Source: a bacterium
GTDB taxonomy: Bacteria; Patescibacteriota; Minisyncoccia; Phycocordibacterales; JAKAEA01
Direction of reading: 5' to 3'
NCBI GenBank assembly: GCA_021818465.1
Contig: JAKAEA010000002.1
Span: forward strand, 31,882-95,881
Length of the DNA stretch: 64,000 nucleotides
In this document: in pieces, positions 39,934 to 50,153 of the stretch
Numbering within the stretch: position 1 is the stretch's first letter
Layout: each line of letters starts with the position of its first letter
Notes under the pieces: generated by a model
Seen by the model: only the letters and a program-made list of their open reading frames with translations
Databases searched by the model: none
What the model was told of the DNA's origin: nothing
Made by a program: the position numbers and the translations under genes

Positions 39934-40862
39934 AAAATATTCCATGTATATTGTGTGGAAAAAATAAAGCGGATACCGTAAAACGTCTGCGTGATATGCA
40001 TATGTATATTGATAGATCTACATTTACTCTTGTTCGCTGTCGCCAATGTGGTCTTATGTACCTAAATCCTCAACCAACAATAGAAGAATTGGCTCGTTAC
40101 TATCCTCCCCATTATTCTGCATACTGCAATGAAGTATCAGTTTTTGGACAAAATTATTTTTACAACGTTCTGCGACATATAAAACGTTTTTTTACATCGC
40201 ACCGTTCCATAAAAGTTTTTACAAAACTACACAACGATAACTCGAGTAAAACCGTTTTAGATTTCGGTTGTGGCAATGGCACCTACCTCTTAGGTTTACG
40301 TCACAACCACCCATCATGGAAACTATATGGTTCAGATATTCAAATAAATGAAACAGTAAAAAATGCACTTGAGAAAAATACTATCGTAACAATAATAGGA
40401 CCAACACACCTACCTTGGAAACAATTACCAACAAAAAGTTTTGATCGCATAACTCTTTTTCAAGTATTAGAACATGTAAATAATCCTCGTGAGGTTTTGG
40501 AAAATCTTCGACCGCTGCTTAAAAAAGATGGGGAGTTGCATATTGAAGTTCCTAATATTGCTACCTTAAAATTTAAAATTTTTGGACGTTATTTTTCCAA
40601 TCTTGATGCCCCGCGCCATCTCTATCATTTCTCACCCAATACACTTCAGCGTCTTTGTGAGCAGTGTGGTTTCCGTATTACGAAACTAGAGGTATCCGGC
40701 ACCACAAAAAGCACCGTACGCAGTCTATATAATTTGTTTCATATTCACAATCGCCAACTTGATCCGTTACTCTATAGTCTTGTGGATATACTCACAAAAT
40801 ATATCGGTAAAAATCGCCTTAATACCGAAGCGTTAGAGGTTAGATGTGTACCTGCCAAATAA
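39930..40862 (+). CDS. Class I SAM-dependent methyltransferase with N-terminal zinc-ribbon (CxxC...CxxC)
   Basis: CILCG...CRQCG zinc ribbon followed by the VLDFGCGNGTYLLGL SAM motif I. Confidence 0.7.
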   Translation: MKNIPCILCGKNKADTVKRLRDMHMYIDRSTFTLVRCRQCGLMYLNPQPTIEELARYYPPHYSAYCNEVSVFGQNYFYNVLRHIKRFFTSHRSIKVFTKLHNDNSSKTVLDFGCGNGTYLLGLRHNHPSWKLYGSDIQINETVKNALEKNTIVTIIGPTHLPWKQLPTKSFDRITLFQVLEHVNNPREVLENLRPLLKKDGELHIEVPNIATLKFKIFGRYFSNLDAPRHLYHFSPNTLQRLCEQCGFRITKLEVSGTTKSTVRSLYNLFHIHNRQLDPLLYSLVDILTKYIGKNRLNTEALEVRCVPAK

Positions 40863-41810
40863 TTTTTTTAACCAATGATATGGGCGTGGATAGTGCCATT
40901 TTAAAAACCATTTAAAACGTTGCATGTGTGTGCGGCCAATACCAAAAACATATTGAGAAGTGTACCGTTCCGCTTGTTGATTAATTACGAAAAAGTTAGG
41001 GTGCTTGAGTGGAAACATCATTGATTCGGATGGGATATTGGCAAGTGGATCATTTGGATTTTTTGCTGAGACTGCCTCTTGTCCAAAACCAATATTGGTC
41101 ACGAGATTAACACACGGATTAATGCAAAGACCACCTTGCGACAAAACTGCAAACGTCCACTGTCCATCCCATGACCGAATGCGATCTTCGTAATAGTCTT
41201 GGAAACGTTGTTCCCAACGGTAGGCTACCGCTGGATCAGAAAAGATATTGTATGTCAGTTGTTGCTTTCGTGCTTCAGGCCAATGCTGTACGTCAGGATC
41301 ATAATGCACCCAAGCACGTCGCCAACTTGCCCAACCCCAAATATGCGGGATGTGCGAAAAATAATAACTTTCTCGACAAACAAATTTTTTATTATTTTGT
41401 TGAAAATTATTACCACCAATATGCATCACCCGCGTATCATCAGCATAACGTTCTAAAAGTTCTTCGCAAAAACGAAAAAAACTCTGATTTGGTAAACAAT
41501 CATGCTCAAGAATAATAGCGCGTTCTTCGTTTTCAAAAATCCACTGAAGACCAGTTGCTAAACGACGTTTTACGTCCATGTGTTCTGTAGCATAATTAGT
41601 TCGCACTTCACACCAATCAATTTTCTCCACAAGCGCTTTGCTAGCAGCAAACCTTGCCTTATCTGCGGGCGTTTGCCCTTCATCACAAAAGCAATAGAGT
41701 ATTTTCGGCCGCGCTTCTTTAATGGCAGCAATCACACGCGTCAGTGTTTCGGTTCGATTAGAAAGCACGAGAGCAACGGGTGTGTGTAGTTGATATATTT
41801 TTTCATTCAT
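40833..41810 (-). CDS. Putative glycosyltransferase (GT-A-like; HlpA/EPS-cluster-like), family uncertain
   Basis: 325-aa soluble protein inside the glycan cluster with DxD-like acidic motifs (ILEHDCLP). Internal Met at 41810 (MNEKIYQL) is the likely start. Assignment is by context and weak resemblance only. Confidence 0.35.
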   Translation of the reverse strand: MNEKIYQLHTPVALVLSNRTETLTRVIAAIKEARPKILYCFCDEGQTPADKARFAASKALVEKIDWCEVRTNYATEHMDVKRRLATGLQWIFENEERAIILEHDCLPNQSFFRFCEELLERYADDTRVMHIGGNNFQQNNKKFVCRESYYFSHIPHIWGWASWRRAWVHYDPDVQHWPEARKQQLTYNIFSDPAVAYRWEQRFQDYYEDRIRSWDGQWTFAVLSQGGLCINPCVNLVTNIGFGQEAVSAKNPNDPLANIPSESMMFPLKHPNFFVINQQAERYTSQYVFGIGRTHMQRFKWFLKWHYPRPYHWLKKLFGRYTSNL

Positions 41811-43050
41811 AAAAAGCAGTATAGACTTTTTCTGTGCGTTGCACCCAATCATCTAGAGAAAAAAGATTTTTGACTCTTTTATAACCAGCTATTCCTAATG
41901 TGTGTTGTAATTTTTGATCAGCAAGAATTTTTTCTAGAGCAACAGAAAAAGCATGTATATCGTTCGGATCAATAATGAATCCTGTTTCTCCATTTTTTAC
42001 CATTTCAGGAGTACCGCCCCAACATGTGCCCACAACTGGTTTACGAGAAGCCATCGCTTCCAACACAACCGTCGGTAATGGATCAAGATAAAGGGATGGC
42101 ACCACAACAACACTCGCCGCCGCGTATATTGTCGTCAGCTCATCACCACTAAGCCAGCCCATGCTCACCACGTTTTCTTTCATTCCCCACGCTGCTGCTT
42201 GTTGTATTAGTTGATTACTATATGCAGTAGATGCACCAAGAAGTACGAGAGTCGCTGATGGTTCTTTATGTATCACGTGTCGCATCGCTTGTAGTATTAC
42301 ATTACCACCTTTAGAAGCACTTATTCGTCCACCAAACAACACAATTCGCTTTTGTTCTAGGTGATTTTTTTTAATATACACATCTACTTGCTGTACTTGC
42401 ACATCCCATGCCTCTACAGCAATACCGTTATGTATCATTGCAATATTATGAATACCATTTTCTTGTAACGCACTTTGGAGAGCATTACTAACAGCAAATA
42501 TTTTATGAACATTTTTTAATAAAATTTTAATAAAAATATTTCTAAAAGGATTGTATCGGAATCGGTATTCACACCACTGCTGCCATGCTGATAACACATA
42601 ATTCCCTTTTTTATTTTTAAAAAGTTTTCCGTAATGCACAAGCATTGCATCATGTGCGGTTAAAAAGACTTTTGCACCACTTCGATGTGCTTGATGAAGC
42701 GTCCAATACGACAAATGATAATGAATATTGTGCGCATGCACTACATCTGGTTTTATTTCTCTAAGCAAACGACTCACTGTTGAAACTGTTGTTGGATTAT
42801 ACAGGCTTCGCCACCCTCGCCAACGCTCGGTGTAGTTAGAATATATCCGCTCTACTCGAATCCCATCTTCGTAAAATGTGCCTGTATGTGCACGATTTCC
42901 AACCGCAGTAATAACAGTTACTGTATGCTTTCGCCGAACAAGTGCACGAGCAAGCGTATGTGCAACAATCCCTGCCCCACCCTTAGCATATGGTGGAAAA
43001 TCGTCTTGAAGAAAAAGTATGTTCATTTTTTTTGAAATACTGCGCACCAC
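41803..43050 (-). CDS. Glycosyltransferase family 4
   Basis: N-terminal GGAGIVAHTLARAL Gly-rich motif and C-terminal Glycos_transf_1 (LVLLGAS...; EAMASRKPVVGT). Confidence 0.8.
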   Translation of the reverse strand: MVRSISKKMNILFLQDDFPPYAKGGAGIVAHTLARALVRRKHTVTVITAVGNRAHTGTFYEDGIRVERIYSNYTERWRGWRSLYNPTTVSTVSRLLREIKPDVVHAHNIHYHLSYWTLHQAHRSGAKVFLTAHDAMLVHYGKLFKNKKGNYVLSAWQQWCEYRFRYNPFRNIFIKILLKNVHKIFAVSNALQSALQENGIHNIAMIHNGIAVEAWDVQVQQVDVYIKKNHLEQKRIVLFGGRISASKGGNVILQAMRHVIHKEPSATLVLLGASTAYSNQLIQQAAAWGMKENVVSMGWLSGDELTTIYAAASVVVVPSLYLDPLPTVVLEAMASRKPVVGTCWGGTPEMVKNGETGFIIDPNDIHAFSVALEKILADQKLQHTLGIAGYKRVKNLFSLDDWVQRTEKVYTAFYE

Positions 43051-43712
43051 CCTATAGTATGTTTACGATTGGCAACAGAATGGTCACGACGATCACGCCA
43101 TATCGCTAACCGACCCCATAGAGCAAAAATCTTGCTGGCTATTCGCCCCCCCCAAGGATGGTTGTGCAGATGGAATACGTCTATATAAAATCGCATAGCC
43201 ATTTGAGCTCGCGTTGAAAAATATCCACCGCGCTGATCGATACTAATAAGTTTTAGATCATGCCGTTCAAAAAGTGCGACTAGTCCATAGCGAGTATAAC
43301 GCCAATAATCGTGTGGTTCTTCATGAAGTTCATTCCACTGCGGTACTGTAATAAGTAGGTATCCATCTTTTCTTAGAACTCTCCCCACTTCCGTTGCGGC
43401 TTGTTCAGGATTTTCCACATGCTCAAAAACCTGCGTTGAAATTATTGCATCGAAACATGTATCAGGAAATGGTAATTTTTCAGCACGTCCCACCACATCA
43501 ACATTTTCGCCGGCAGCAATATCCATACGTACATACTCAGTTACTGTCGTTGGCAGTTCATATCGCTCAAACTGACCACTACCAATATTTAATGTTTTTC
43601 CTTTTAAATATCTGATTTTTTCAGCAATTTGTTTCTGTAAAAGAAACCTGTCAACTTGAAAAATATACATATGTTTATGAATTGTATTAACCGAGTATAT
43701 GCACAATCTCAT
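43023..43712 (-). CDS. Class I SAM-dependent methyltransferase (Methyltransf_11-like)
   Basis: TLNIGSGQFER...FDAIISTQVFEHVENP...LRKDGYLLITVP. True start is probably an internal Met near 43670. Confidence 0.7.
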   Translation of the reverse strand: MRLCIYSVNTIHKHMYIFQVDRFLLQKQIAEKIRYLKGKTLNIGSGQFERYELPTTVTEYVRMDIAAGENVDVVGRAEKLPFPDTCFDAIISTQVFEHVENPEQAATEVGRVLRKDGYLLITVPQWNELHEEPHDYWRYTRYGLVALFERHDLKLISIDQRGGYFSTRAQMAMRFYIDVFHLHNHPWGGRIASKIFALWGRLAIWRDRRDHSVANRKHTIGWCAVFQKK

Positions 43713-44811
43713 GAATAACCATTTCTACTGAAATAGCCTCGACCTGCCGCCGCGCCTCGACTCTATTATACATACGAGCGTTCATAATATGCAGCTGTGG
43801 CGCGCGACGTGTATGATCAAATACGACTCGATTTTTTTCGCTCCGCGGCGGCTGCTCCTGTTCACTCATTGGACCGAGAATATCGACCGTCGGGACATTA
43901 AAAGCTTCGGCTATATACAATGGACCAGTATCAACACTTACAAAAATTTTTGCTTGAGCAATAAGCGCCTTGAGTTCATCTAAAGAAAAAAGTTCGCTGA
44001 CGTTTATAACGCCACGCTGTCCATGAAGCGCTGCTACCATAGCTGCAACTTCTTCTGTATCACGTTTACCGCCAATAATAATAACCGGTATATGGCGAGC
44101 AATAAAATATTCAGCCACCTGCGCAAAACGTTCGGCTGGCCAATTTTTTATTTTGTTTCCTGCAGACGGTGATATAAGAGCAAATTCACCTCGCATCACG
44201 TTTTTGTCGTGCAGAAATTTTTCTATGGTTAACCGTGCAGCATCAGAATAGCCGAGTCGCTTGGTTGTATCGTTATTGGTTATACTAAGCGGCTCCAACA
44301 GTCGCATATACTCTCGAGGAGCATACTGATACATTGTATGAGGACGTGTTTCGGCAACGTGACGCAGTAACACATATGGTTTTGTTTCATACGGACTCCA
44401 ACCGCCTTCTACTCGCGGCACAGCAATCACACGCACACCACCGAGATACATCGCCGACAGCGCTCGAAAATCCGGCACAACAGTGCACCCAAAATCAAAA
44501 TTCTCTTGCCGAATCAATCGGATTAATTCTTTCGTTGAAAATTTGTCGTAAGAAATATACGCATCAACATCGTGGTTATATGCGAGCACCTCGCGATTAA
44601 GCGAATTACCAACAACAGTAAGTAGTACATGAGGATATGTTGCTTTCAGTGCCCGAAACACTGGCGTAGTGCACACCATGTCCCCTAACTTTGCTCCCTG
44701 AAACACAATAACTTTTTGAGGGGTTTGTACCTCGCCTTTAGCAAATCCACGAAATGGAAAAAAAACGAAACTTTTTAATAACAAAAATATATTTTGAAAT
44801 CTAGAATTCAT
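43687..44811 (-). CDS. Glycosyltransferase family 9 (heptosyltransferase-like)
   Basis: VIVFQGAKLGDMVCTTPVFRALKATYPHV N-terminal motif and C-terminal VDTGPLYIAEAFNVPTVDILGP motif. Confidence 0.7.
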   Translation of the reverse strand: MNSRFQNIFLLLKSFVFFPFRGFAKGEVQTPQKVIVFQGAKLGDMVCTTPVFRALKATYPHVLLTVVGNSLNREVLAYNHDVDAYISYDKFSTKELIRLIRQENFDFGCTVVPDFRALSAMYLGGVRVIAVPRVEGGWSPYETKPYVLLRHVAETRPHTMYQYAPREYMRLLEPLSITNNDTTKRLGYSDAARLTIEKFLHDKNVMRGEFALISPSAGNKIKNWPAERFAQVAEYFIARHIPVIIIGGKRDTEEVAAMVAALHGQRGVINVSELFSLDELKALIAQAKIFVSVDTGPLYIAEAFNVPTVDILGPMSEQEQPPRSEKNRVVFDHTRRAPQLHIMNARMYNRVEARRQVEAISVEMVIHEIVHILG

Positions 44812-45674
44812 AGGTGCAGAAAATTTTTAAGGCGCACATACATCGCAATAGCATCAGACACTTTCGCTTTAAATTGCCCGAAGGTGGTTGAAGAATCTAT
44901 AGAATTTCTTTTTAATTCATATAGAGCATCACCAGCATGAACAATACCCTCGTGCACGGTCACCCCCGCACAGTAACCAGTTTCGTGGGCAATGGTGACA
45001 GTTTCGTCAGTATATTTACCTTTTGGATACGCAATAACGGGCTCAGGTATGTGCACGAGTTTTTGTATATCAGCAAGTGCTGTGTGCAATTCGTATCGCT
45101 GCTCTTCTCGTGTCGCCTCGCGCAAGATGCGGTGCGTCGCTGTATGTGGCATAAAATCAATACGTCCCTGATGAGCAACATCTGTAACCTCTGCCGCAGT
45201 AACTATATCAGACGTACCGAGCAATTTGCTGGCAATAAATACGGTCGCCGGAAACCCTACGTCATTCAAAACTGGTAGCGCGTGTGTTAAAAAATTTTTA
45301 TATCCATCGTCAAAGGTAATAACGACGCTTGGTTGCAGTGTTCGACCAGCTCGCATATCGCGCACTACCTCACTAAGCCGTCGCACTAAAAATTTCTTCT
45401 CTTTCAAATACATCATCTGCCGCCGAAATTCCTGCACGGAAACCGTAAAAAACCGACTATCTTCCCCCACCGAGTGATACATTAAAATGCTCACCCCGGA
45501 AAGGCGCGGCTTCCACATCCGCAAGAAAAAAAATAAGATTGATTTAATAACCGCTTTCATGATTTTTTTCCATAAACGCAAGAATCGCTTGAGCTCGCCT
45601 ATCCCACGTATAAGCTTGAACATCACGTAATGCTTGTGTAGCCCGACGAGAGGCCTCTTCTTTGTTAGCAACAA
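44808..45674 (-). CDS. Polysaccharide deacetylase (NodB-homology)
   Basis: ITFDDGYKNF catalytic motif 1 and downstream His motifs. The track ORF overlaps the upstream GT4 gene; the true start is likely an internal Met near 45518-45560. Confidence 0.7.
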   Translation of the reverse strand: MLLTKKRPLVGLHKHYVMFKLIRGIGELKRFLRLWKKIMKAVIKSILFFFLRMWKPRLSGVSILMYHSVGEDSRFFTVSVQEFRRQMMYLKEKKFLVRRLSEVVRDMRAGRTLQPSVVITFDDGYKNFLTHALPVLNDVGFPATVFIASKLLGTSDIVTAAEVTDVAHQGRIDFMPHTATHRILREATREEQRYELHTALADIQKLVHIPEPVIAYPKGKYTDETVTIAHETGYCAGVTVHEGIVHAGDALYELKRNSIDSSTTFGQFKAKVSDAIAMYVRLKNFLHL

Positions 45675-46683
45675 CTGACTGGATTTTCACCGCGAGTGCA
45701 TCAACATCGCCTGGAGGCACTAGAAATGCATTCTTCTCTGATAAAATTTCCCGAATACTTGGCAAATCAGAGGCAACAATAGGTGTGCCGCTTGCCATAT
45801 ATTCAAAAAGCTTCAACGGCGAGGTGTAGCGTTCAGAATTAGCATCACCACGCGTATTAGGTAATACGAGAACATCCGCCACCTGAAGATACGCGGCAAC
45901 TTCAGCATGTTTTTTTCTACCAATTAGTAGAAGATTTTTTGCCGTTGGATACGTGGTTTGAATAGTCGCTATTTCGTGTTCGTTACCACCAACAGCAACG
46001 ACAACAATGTTTTCTGGTAATTTCTCAGCGGCTCGCAGAAGTACATCAACCCCCTTCCAGTCATACAAATAGAAACTACCAACATACATAGCTATTTTTT
46101 TCTCAACAGGTAAACCGAGTTGGTGTCGAATCTGGTGATGAGAATTCAAGGCATTAAAAGCCTGAAGATTAACACCATCTGGCGCAACAATTATTTTTGA
46201 TTCTGGAATACCTTGTGCAACAATTTCCTCTTTTAGATATTTCGTGAGTACAACAATTTTTTGTGCTCGCCGCCACACTAGTCGCTGCCACCGAGAAATA
46301 TGCTTCGGCAAATCGTGAACTTCTAAAACAAAATTTTTAAACATGAGTCCCACTCGTGGTTCGCGAGTATAGAGCACGTCAGACGACTCACGAGCCAATA
46401 CACGACGCGCCATCCAGAGAAATGTTATTGTTTGAATCCAAAAACCCAACGCTCCAATAGGCCATCCCACCGCATCAACACACCACAGATATTTAATAGA
46501 AAATGTTTTGTTAATTCCATAATAGGTAAAAGGATTTTCAATAATCGGTGTGGCTCGTCGTGGCACCAAAAGGTGCACATCGGCGCCTGCCTTTGCAAAG
46601 GCAGCACACATTTCCATAATCTGCACACCATGTGCTTTTTCCGTCGGTAAGCGTATGTTAGCAATGTAGTAAAATCGCTTCAT
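45544..46683 (-). CDS. Glycosyltransferase family 4
   Basis: C-terminal Glycos_transf_1 (IGRKKHAEVAAYLQVADVLVLPN...LKLFEYMASGTPIVASDLPSIREIL). Confidence 0.8.
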   Translation of the reverse strand: MKRFYYIANIRLPTEKAHGVQIMEMCAAFAKAGADVHLLVPRRATPIIENPFTYYGINKTFSIKYLWCVDAVGWPIGALGFWIQTITFLWMARRVLARESSDVLYTREPRVGLMFKNFVLEVHDLPKHISRWQRLVWRRAQKIVVLTKYLKEEIVAQGIPESKIIVAPDGVNLQAFNALNSHHQIRHQLGLPVEKKIAMYVGSFYLYDWKGVDVLLRAAEKLPENIVVVAVGGNEHEIATIQTTYPTAKNLLLIGRKKHAEVAAYLQVADVLVLPNTRGDANSERYTSPLKLFEYMASGTPIVASDLPSIREILSEKNAFLVPPGDVDALAVKIQSVVANKEEASRRATQALRDVQAYTWDRRAQAILAFMEKNHESGY

Positions 46684-46868
46684 CTTTTTTTATCTAGATA
46701 TATAGCATTAGCTGGAGTCTGGGCCATAAGCTCATAGTCGTGCTCGGTCAGGAGTTTTTGAACTGTATCTGAAAAATGCGATACTCCCTCTGTACCAAAA
46801 ATTACCGACTCCACACAGAATATAACCGGTCTCGTTTTCCAACTGAAATTAGAAATAATACGGCGACA

Positions 46869-47930
46869 TTATAGGTCAGTATAGAAACGAACGAGCTTAC
46901 GAGCCGATTTTTCCCACGATTGACCAGCAACACTCTGTATAATAGCATCCCCCCTCGGTAGTGGACAGGTGGAGATTTTTTGAAAAATTTTTTTGAGTTC
47001 TGCGTCATCACGAAAAACCCAACCCGTACTAGCAGGTTGAATTATTTCCGCAGCAGCAATATCTCTTATAATAACAGGAACCCCATACGACAGTGCCAGC
47101 AACATACCGCCCGAGGTCATTTCCGAATTGTCATAATAAAACACGCACACATCCGCAACTCCGAGAAGACGTGGTAATTCATCATTGGGAATATAACGAT
47201 TTTCAAACACAATGTGCGGACAACCCTCGCTGGCACGACGTATACAAGCGGAATACGTTTCATCAGCTTTACCAACAATATATAGTTTTACTTTTTTATT
47301 TCCCCAATCAATAGTTTTAAAAACCTGTATGATGCTGTCGATTTTTTTGTAAGGCCGGACAGCACCAAAAACTAAAAATACAATTTCTTCATGAGTACAA
47401 CCGTAGTTTCTTTTTATTGCATCACGATCAGGCACAACGGGACCATACGCACCACTATAGTTTCCATGGGCAACAAAACACATTTTTTTCCTCTGCCCGA
47501 TGGACGCAGAAAGCGCATCGTAGGTACATTGCTGCTGCACAACAATACCATCTGCTATATACCCAAGCACATATCTACCCAACCTATCAATCAAAGGATG
47601 CGGGTAGTCGTGCGCGTAGGCGTTATGCATAGTCCAACAAATTTTATATCCCCGATATTTGAGAATATAAAGCAACGCCGCTGTTCCGAAAATCATCAAA
47701 AAACTTTTAAGCGCATAGCGACTGCCGTAGAGAACCGTTGACCAATGAATGGTAATTATTTTTTTCGTGGCAGCAGGTGTACGCTCTGTGTTAGCAAGAA
47801 GGCCAAGGAGACCGTATCGCGGCAATGATTTAATTTCTATACCACCCTGAGCTTCTAGAGCGGCATGCAAAAGTTCAAAATAAGCATTGTGCTTATCAGA
47901 AAAAGGTATGGAGTAAAGAAGAATAGACAT
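46869..47930 (-). CDS. Glycosyltransferase (GT4-like, GT-B fold)
   Basis: C-terminal half LVFGAVRPYKKI...VCVFYY...GGMLLALSYGVPVII consistent with Glycos_transf_1. Confidence 0.6.
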   Translation of the reverse strand: MSILLYSIPFSDKHNAYFELLHAALEAQGGIEIKSLPRYGLLGLLANTERTPAATKKIITIHWSTVLYGSRYALKSFLMIFGTAALLYILKYRGYKICWTMHNAYAHDYPHPLIDRLGRYVLGYIADGIVVQQQCTYDALSASIGQRKKMCFVAHGNYSGAYGPVVPDRDAIKRNYGCTHEEIVFLVFGAVRPYKKIDSIIQVFKTIDWGNKKVKLYIVGKADETYSACIRRASEGCPHIVFENRYIPNDELPRLLGVADVCVFYYDNSEMTSGGMLLALSYGVPVIIRDIAAAEIIQPASTGWVFRDDAELKKIFQKISTCPLPRGDAIIQSVAGQSWEKSARKLVRFYTDL

Positions 47931-47932
47931 AG

Positions 47933-50143
47933 TTACAACTTCCTAAGCTCGTTAGAGATAGTGTCTATGAGCCCAGTAATGTTCGCTTGTGTACGCACGG
48001 TGTTTTGCAGCTCTTCAGTAAGGGTGCGTATATCTTTGTATTCGTGGAGTGCTGATATTTTTAAGGCCAAATCCTCAGCGTCTCGTTCTCTAAACATAAG
48101 GATTTGGCTATATGGTCCTAGCACTTCTTTGAATGCGGGATTGGAAGTTAACACGGGTGTTCCGGCGGCCATAGATTCGAGCACCGCTTTATCTTGACCA
48201 CCGCTTGGCGCGGCATTAATACTAATGTCAGCGTGCCAATACTGCTCGGCAATTTTTGTCGACGCAATAGCACCGACCCAACGAATTTCTTTGGTAAGAT
48301 TAAGTGCGCTAATCTGTTGTTCTAATTTTTTCTTATATATTGTATCGGCGGGATACGTTGCCTCACCGACAAGATCAAGCGCCACCATATTACCTCGTTT
48401 TTTCAAAAGCGCGACGGCATCAATAATCGTATCCAGATTTTTAATGGGCGTGACACGACCCACACTCACGAGATGTAGTGAATGGTGGTGGCGATGGTGG
48501 TGCTGCGCCACGCTCGTGTGCGGTCGAATAAAAGCAGCAACGTCTACTGCCTGTCCTAGATAGTGAACTTTTTTACTTGCAATCCGAAAACTTTGTGGCG
48601 TCGCGGTAAAAACGCTATTGGCTATACGCGTCGCTAACCGCAAGGTTATACTAACGTGTCGATGCACATACCACAACGCAATTTTTTTACGCCACTGTTT
48701 CCACAACAATCCTCCGAGCACAACGTATATGGGATTCATGTGTACCAACACCGCATCATATTTTTCCCGTTCGTGACGAATATAATAAAAAAATCTGCGA
48801 ATATATTTCCACCGCGAACGACCGTTTTCTTTGCCAAGCGAACGTATAGTGACATTAGCCGGCAGAGCATGTCGTCCTTCTTCTAAACAAATTACCGTCA
48901 CTGTCTCAAAATGCTCCGCGAATGCTTCAATCCACCGATGAAAAAAACCAAGGACAGGATTATCGAGATTAACACTCTGGGTCACAATAAGTAATCGTTT
49001 TATTTTTTCGACGTGTAGTGTTTGTTCAAACAATGTCTTATATTCTTCCAGATACCGCTCGTTGGAAATTAAACCTTGGGTAACAGCAGCACCCGCAGCA
49101 ACACCGAGCCTCTGACACGTCTCGGGTGCAGCCAGTAACTCGCTGAGCGTTTTTTCAAAATCATCTTCGTTCGCCACTCGACACACGCGCGCACTCACGT
49201 TATCACGTAACACATCTCCAGCAATACCAACGTCAGACGTCACAATAGTCTTACCTGCCGCAGCTGCTTCGAGAAGCGTCAAACCGTAGCCTTCATAGAG
49301 CGACGTAGAAAGAAAAATGTTCGCTGCCGCATAATACGGAGCAACATCATTCGTCCACGGCTCAAAAACTACCGCCTCACCGAGACCGAGCTTCGCGCAT
49401 AAACGTTGTAATCGTTTTTTTTCTGGACCATCGCCAACAATAACCAAACCAACCGTTGGAAAATCAGCAAGAATTTTTTTAAAAACACGTATAGCCAGAG
49501 CGATATTTTTTTCTGGCGCTAAACGAGATACCATCAAAATGACATCGGAAAATTGCGGATACTTGTCGGTACTGGTGGCAGCTATCGCTTGGAATCGCGT
49601 CGCATCGGTGTAAATCGGGAGCACCGATATTTTTGTTCGATCGATGTCGGGAAAATGCTCGACGAGTGAACGAGCGATGCGTTGAGAAACAACGCGAACG
49701 GTATCAGCTCGAGGTACCACCCGCCAGGCAATAAACGATCGCAAAAAATTGAGCACAGAGTGGCGCCAAAAGTATGGGCTCAAAAAATCAGTGTGCACCT
49801 GCACCTGCAATCGCATGCCGAATCGTTTTTTTAAAAATATCCCCACAAGACCCGTTTCAAACGGATCTTGTACCGAAACAATTGTGTCAGCTGCTGTATA
49901 TTTTTTCTGACGAATGCATGTCGCAGCGACACGCCGAGCATCCTGTATATAGAAAAATTTTGAACGAGAATTTGTCGGATAGACCCACACATTATGTGCA
50001 AGCTGTTGTGGCGTATACCCACGTACGGTAAAAACAATAATGTGCATTTCTCCCACACGATTGCCATATGCGACCATTCGCTGGCGCACAGCGCTGCCCT
50101 CTTCAAAAAGTTTGCGATCGGTACCAATACTAATGACGTTCAT
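47933..50143 (-). CDS. Tandem (fused) double GT4 glycosyltransferase
   Basis: Two complete Glycos_transf_1 units: SLYEGYGLTLLEAAAAGKTIVTSDVG (N-half) and PSGGQDKAVLESMAAGTPVLTSNPAF (C-half); 736 aa. Confidence 0.75.
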   Translation of the reverse strand: MNVISIGTDRKLFEEGSAVRQRMVAYGNRVGEMHIIVFTVRGYTPQQLAHNVWVYPTNSRSKFFYIQDARRVAATCIRQKKYTAADTIVSVQDPFETGLVGIFLKKRFGMRLQVQVHTDFLSPYFWRHSVLNFLRSFIAWRVVPRADTVRVVSQRIARSLVEHFPDIDRTKISVLPIYTDATRFQAIAATSTDKYPQFSDVILMVSRLAPEKNIALAIRVFKKILADFPTVGLVIVGDGPEKKRLQRLCAKLGLGEAVVFEPWTNDVAPYYAAANIFLSTSLYEGYGLTLLEAAAAGKTIVTSDVGIAGDVLRDNVSARVCRVANEDDFEKTLSELLAAPETCQRLGVAAGAAVTQGLISNERYLEEYKTLFEQTLHVEKIKRLLIVTQSVNLDNPVLGFFHRWIEAFAEHFETVTVICLEEGRHALPANVTIRSLGKENGRSRWKYIRRFFYYIRHEREKYDAVLVHMNPIYVVLGGLLWKQWRKKIALWYVHRHVSITLRLATRIANSVFTATPQSFRIASKKVHYLGQAVDVAAFIRPHTSVAQHHHRHHHSLHLVSVGRVTPIKNLDTIIDAVALLKKRGNMVALDLVGEATYPADTIYKKKLEQQISALNLTKEIRWVGAIASTKIAEQYWHADISINAAPSGGQDKAVLESMAAGTPVLTSNPAFKEVLGPYSQILMFRERDAEDLALKISALHEYKDIRTLTEELQNTVRTQANITGLIDTISNELRKL

Positions 50144-50153
50144 ATACTATAGA